Assembly (NCBI GenBank): GCA_051294375.1
Contig: JBJCIZ010001382.1
Span: 1-12,410 of the forward strand
From: Paraspadella gotoi
Lineage: Eukaryota > Animalia > Chaetognatha
Direction of reading: 5' to 3'
Length of the DNA stretch: 12,410 nt
Both the position numbers and the translations under genes were made by a program. Below the pieces are notes generated by a model, which saw only the letters and a list, made by a program, of their open reading frames with translations, was not told the origin of the DNA and made no database searches. Of the stretch, positions 8,622 to 12,410 are shown in pieces (position 1 is the stretch's first letter; each line of letters begins with the position of its first letter).

Positions 8622-8853
8622 CAATTTGAAGAGACAGTAATTATTGATAAGTGTAAATGACAGAACCATTCATATTAAGCAGTCCCTGCAGCTTCAGCAT
8701 CAGCGTTAACACCATATTACAGGCGGGTTGAAGCGCCCCATCCCTCTTAATGCCAGGACGAACTACCGGGACCTTTGTTGGGAGCCGAATTGACTTGCCT
8801 TCTGCACAATGGCCGCTGATGAACGGTTGCGTGGATTTTAGTTCCACCATAAT
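8622..8853 (-). mobile_element. tRNA-derived SINE-like repeat, copy B
   Basis: Colinear with 3032-3277 (TGAAGAGACAG, TAACACCAT.TTACAGGCGGGT, AAGCGCCCCATC.CTCTTAA, GACCTTTG, ACTTGCCT, GCACAATGG, TGGATTT, ACCATAAT). The tRNA-like head starts at 8814. Confidence 0.75.
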
Positions 8854-9151
8854 TTTAAACTCATTTCCACTGGGAACGATTCTTACCAATCTTAGTAAAA
8901 ATTTCCACTTGTATTTGTAACAAAAATTTGTTTTAAAATAATTTACAATGATATTACAGTCTAAAGAGCATATTTATAAATAATAACAAATGTAAAATAT
9001 TCTTAAAGGAAGGAAGCGATGTGCACTCAGAAAACGAAGCGATCCGGGCTTAAAAAGTAAGGATTGCCATCCGAAAACTGGGAGCGAGGAGGGGTCTTGG
9101 AAGCGGCCGGATTGCCGCGGCTGAAAAATCGATCGCACTTCCACATCTCTG

Positions 9152-9322
9152 TTTGGAGGAGAGATCGGAAATCTCCTCCATCACGTTCAAAGAGGGTTCG
9201 AGGCCTTGATGTAAATGGCCTCTCTAATACCCATGGAACAGTTAGGCGTCAGTGGGACAGCACAGAGACAGTCCTTCTCTCTAACCAAGACACGATGTTG
9301 CTGCTTGCTATAGCAGACATAA
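9152..9322 (-). pseudogene. Penelope-like GIY-YIG C-terminus, second copy (5' part of the copy split by the hAT-like insertion)
   Basis: Minus strand reads SAIA/..HRV...GIREAIYIKA/EPSLN/DGG, with nucleotide homology to 1762-1908. Confidence 0.85.
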
Positions 9323-10039
9323 ATGTGCCAGTTGCTCACAGCATTTAAAAAGTAACAAAAAAATGAAATTGAATCTTCATCATCGCGATTTACTGAAATC
9401 ATGTCGTAGAATCAATGTGGATAATGAAATTTTTCCTATTGAAAAACGTCTTGTTTCGTCCGAAGCGATTTGAAGCTTCTTAAACCCATAAATTGCATAT
9501 TTTGACGAAACAGATGAAATAACGAAATTGATAAAGAAATCGAAAATTATTAAAGCAGATGTTCTAAGTATCTGATGTTAATGTACTAAGATAAAAAAAA
9601 ATTATCCATGCCGAAAAATATTGTTGCGTAAAATTATATAATATTTAATATTATATTAAAAAAATGAAGTGTCATGAAGTCGAAATGTTTTGAATTGAAT
9701 TGAATCTTTGCAATGTCAACTCTAAACTATTAATGTAAAATTGCCAAATTTTTCTTTGGTCAGTCTTACGTTATGGCCAAAATGCGAATTATGACTTTTT
9801 AGTTTAGTTTTGAAAACTCACTGAAATTGTTCACGGAAGAAACTACTTCAGCAGTTTTAGCATTATCAACAAGAAATTAAAACCACTAAAAATTTGATAC
9901 TTTTCCTTCAATACGTTAAACTTCGTCTCCGTGCATAGTAAATAACTAAAACATTTTCTAACAGTGAAAACGATATACCCGCCTGCGCGGAATTTTCATC
10001 AACAAAAACGAAAATTAATCTATTATCAAAAACAACCAA

Positions 10040-11800
10040 AAAAAATGGATCTTTCGCGGCGACAAAAATTGATCGCTGACGAGATCTTAAGAAACTGCGA
10101 GCCTTCGTCTACAAAAAATGAAAATCTCTGAATGAGATAAGAAATGCGTGGCAACTTTATGAACATTTCTTGCAAAAATAAAGACGGAGATGTATCGTAA
10201 GACTTCGCCTCTCATTTCATTTAACCTTCAACCTCAAATAATCGAAAGTCGCCGCAAGGCGACACACGCATCCTGAAAAATCAAACGCCAACGCCGGCTC
10301 ATTGTCTCACCTCTTCGACATGGCGTAGAGAACAAGAGTCATATGGTCATTTATGGAAGAGGAAAGCATTTTATTCTTTTTGCCAATTTACAAAGACCTC
10401 AACGTCGAATCAAGAAGGAGAATGCGATAAAGCCTCCACTTTTTTTCGTGTTTGCGGGCTGGACATTGGCCAAAAAACTGTTGATCAGAACCCGTTTGTG
10501 GGCCGTGCCAACCTCCTCCACCAACACGATTTCTTCATGAGTACGTTTTTGACGACGTACAAAAACAACAAAACCTTTAATGCTATGAGGGGGAAAAAAT
10601 TATCAAAGACGACCCCTCGATGGTTTGATGACCTCTGATAAATCCAAAAACAACTCCATCGCCAATCTCAGCTCCGAACACTCGGCAGAAAAAATTGAAA
10701 AAAATATTGGTCCGCGGTCGTCGATCCAACAAGCCTACAACAGAACAAAAACTATGTCGGCGGTAAACAGGTGTGTCACTCCCTGTCTTCTCTCAAAGAA
10801 GAAGGCTCGTTTATGGAAGAAATCAACAGAGCCTTCAGATCATTCAGTCGAAGCCGAGTTGAAATTCTCCTTTAGAGCCCGTCTTTTCCATCTCGATCGC
10901 GAATTGTAAGGCGGAGCCTCCAAAGCAGGATCTTAAAAAGTTGTTTAATTATTTACTTTTTTACCACATAATTGTAAATCCTTAAATATCATATCTTCTG
11001 TTCTCTGGGACAAGAGCACGAGATTGCACCTGCGACCATGCATCGTGTTGCAAACTTAGCTTTTTTCACATGAAATGAAGATGGCAGCGACAGCGAGAGA
11101 ATTGTAAAAAGGTTATCCAGACGATTTGAAAAAAATGGTCCACTAGTCAATTTCTTTCCTTTTTCCCGCGACTGATGACATAATATCCCAATTTCGTTGT
11201 TATCTTTAGAAATGATTCTAAGCGTCATTCCATCACACATGTTTCTTAAAGAGATTGTCATTAGCTCGATGCCATTTTTCTACGGTCATTTTGGTCGGAC
11301 GCTTTCAATGACGAAAAATTTTTTGTCCTCTGAAGTACATCGCAAAGTGTTCGGAGATCAGCAAACTGCAAAGTGTTGTTTAGAAGGCCCGACATATTTC
11401 TGAGAACTAAGCCCAATATGAGAAACCTTTTTCCTTATGTCGGTCCCATCTTGAATGTCAAGTGTCAACTTTCATCCGAGGCCTTTCAACTTCCTCCACG
11501 ACACTGCTTACAAAAGCGCTTTCTCTCTCTCTTTTTGTTTCATTCTATCTCTCTTCTTGGCTTTCGGATCCTGTCAACAGGTCAAATCGACTGTGCTCGC
11601 TTGCTCTTCACTCACCACACACACACACATGTTGGAGGAGATTTTATGTAGATCGCCAGCGGCGCGAAGGTGGCTCACGTCGCAGGGGGAGCTGGAACGC
11701 ATCGGGCATTCTCCAACGGGCGGCCCACCAATCAGGTGCTGCGAGCAGACGCGCTGTCACAGATGCGCAGAGTCTTACTGTATGGATCTGAGAGAGATAC
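10040..11800 (+). pseudogene. Heavily decayed piggyBac-family transposase
   Basis: Motif relics occur in the expected order: LSRR...DEILRN (~10051), MVIYGR..HFI....RP.R (10343), AIK..LFFVFAG (~10424), WDKS...TMH (~11005), RPFNFLHDTAYKSAF (~11479) and a Cys-rich tail GHSP....IRCCEQTRCHRCAESYC (~11704-11781). There are many stops and frameshifts. Confidence 0.6.
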
Positions 11801-12026
11801 AGAAGGCGCACAATATGAATGATGGGAGACGCGGACCTTAAGAAACCATATATTCTGACACATATCATTTATTAATATAGCACGATACTTCTTTTCACTA
11901 AAAGGAAACAGATCAATAAATGCATAAGTAGATGACACAATAAGAGATTATTATAACTGAAAGGAGTTTATAAATGTTCGTAGTTTCCATCGAGTCCATC
12001 GGCGTCACGCGGAATCAGTCTCCAAT

Positions 12027-12066
12027 ACACACACACACACACACAAAACACACAAACACAACACAC
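12027..12066. repeat. (CA)n microsatellite, imperfect
   Basis: Directly visible. A shorter one lies at ~11616-11629. Confidence 0.9.
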
Positions 12067-12334
12067 TCCCGTAACACAAAATATTTATATTATTTATAGA
12101 ATTCTACGTTATTTTCCTAGTAAACTAGTAAAGCTTGCGTACCCACACTAATTTTTTTAGTTTTCTCCTTACATTTATTGATCAAACAAGCTTTAAACAA
12201 TCGCTTCGGGCACAAACAAGACGTTTCATGGAAAAAAATTCATTCATCACCATTGAATTCTACAGACATGATTACAGTAAAATCGCGATGTAATTGAAAA
12301 TCAATATCCTCATATTGTTACTTTTAAATGGCCT

Positions 12335-12410
12335 CGAGGACAGGGTGAAGGCAAGAAACAGATTGCTGTTGAGTTTTGAAAAAGGAAAGTGAAATGTCAA
12401 ACAGAGAGAT
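12335..12410 (-). mobile_element. Penelope-like pseudo-LTR fragment running off the window
   Basis: Reverse complement TTTCACTTTCCTTTTCAAAACTCAACAGCAATCTGTTTCTTGCCTTCACCCTGTCCTC matches 2646-2701 TTTCACTTCTTTTTCACAATCTCAACCAATCTGTCCTCACCTTTTCATCCTGTCCTC. Confidence 0.75.

Larger units (their letters stand above)
6427..9151. mobile_element. Non-autonomous hAT-like DNA transposon inserted in the Penelope copy
   Basis: 8-bp direct repeat GTTTGGAG at 6419-6426 and 9151-9158 (the G at 9151 is shared with the TIR). Termini are CAGAGATTG... / ...CATCTCTG, with GC-rich subterminal blocks carrying repeated AACCCG / GAAGC / GATCCGG motifs. The flanks rejoin into continuous Penelope sequence. No transposase was seen. 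Confidence 0.65.
9342..12330 (+). mobile_element. Degenerate piggyBac-like DNA transposon with ~150-bp inverted terminal regions
   Basis: 9342-9495 is the reverse complement of ~12172-12330 (AATCGCTTCGG, AAACAAGACGTTT, GACATGATT, AAATCGCGATG, TTGTTACTTTT). Transposase-like relics lie inside. Exact termini and TTAA TSD are not resolved. Confidence 0.7.

Noticed and set aside
8808-8853. Second hammerhead starting at CTGATGA (8816; CTGAATGA at 3241 in copy A)
   Set aside because: There is no GAAA after the candidate stem II (GGAT in both copies) and no credible stem III or NUH.
10070-10105. CTGACGA...GAAAC hammerhead-like spacing
   Set aside because: No stem II, no NUH with a matching stem I, and it lies inside the transposase relic.
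12340-12349. AGGG-TGAA as a decayed piggyBac GGG-TTAA terminus
   Set aside because: These bases align with the Penelope pLTR (TTCATCCTGTCCTC at 2688-2701), so they belong to the neighbouring element.

Overview
AT-rich, eukaryotic-looking (probably invertebrate) non-coding DNA made almost entirely of decayed, nested transposable elements. No intact protein-coding gene is supported. The main components are: (1) five fragments of one Penelope-like (Poseidon-type) retroelement family, recognised by a frameshifted GIY-YIG C-terminus (NW..RG.REAIYIK...PSLN.DGG) and pseudo-LTR pieces carrying minimal type I hammerhead ribozymes (one apparently intact at 1062-1104 on the minus strand, two degenerate); (2) a ~2.7 kb non-autonomous hAT-like insertion with an 8-bp TSD that splits one Penelope copy; (3) a ~3 kb piggyBac-like relic with ~150-bp inverted ends; (4) Helentron/DINE-1-like (HINE) elements; (5) an 18-bp minisatellite; and (6) two copies of a ~240-bp tRNA-derived repeat with a hammerhead-like motif antisense at its tail. 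The last is the best candidate for something undescribed: a possible Penelope-mobilised SINE/retrozyme. All alignments and family calls were made by eye, and boundaries are approximate.
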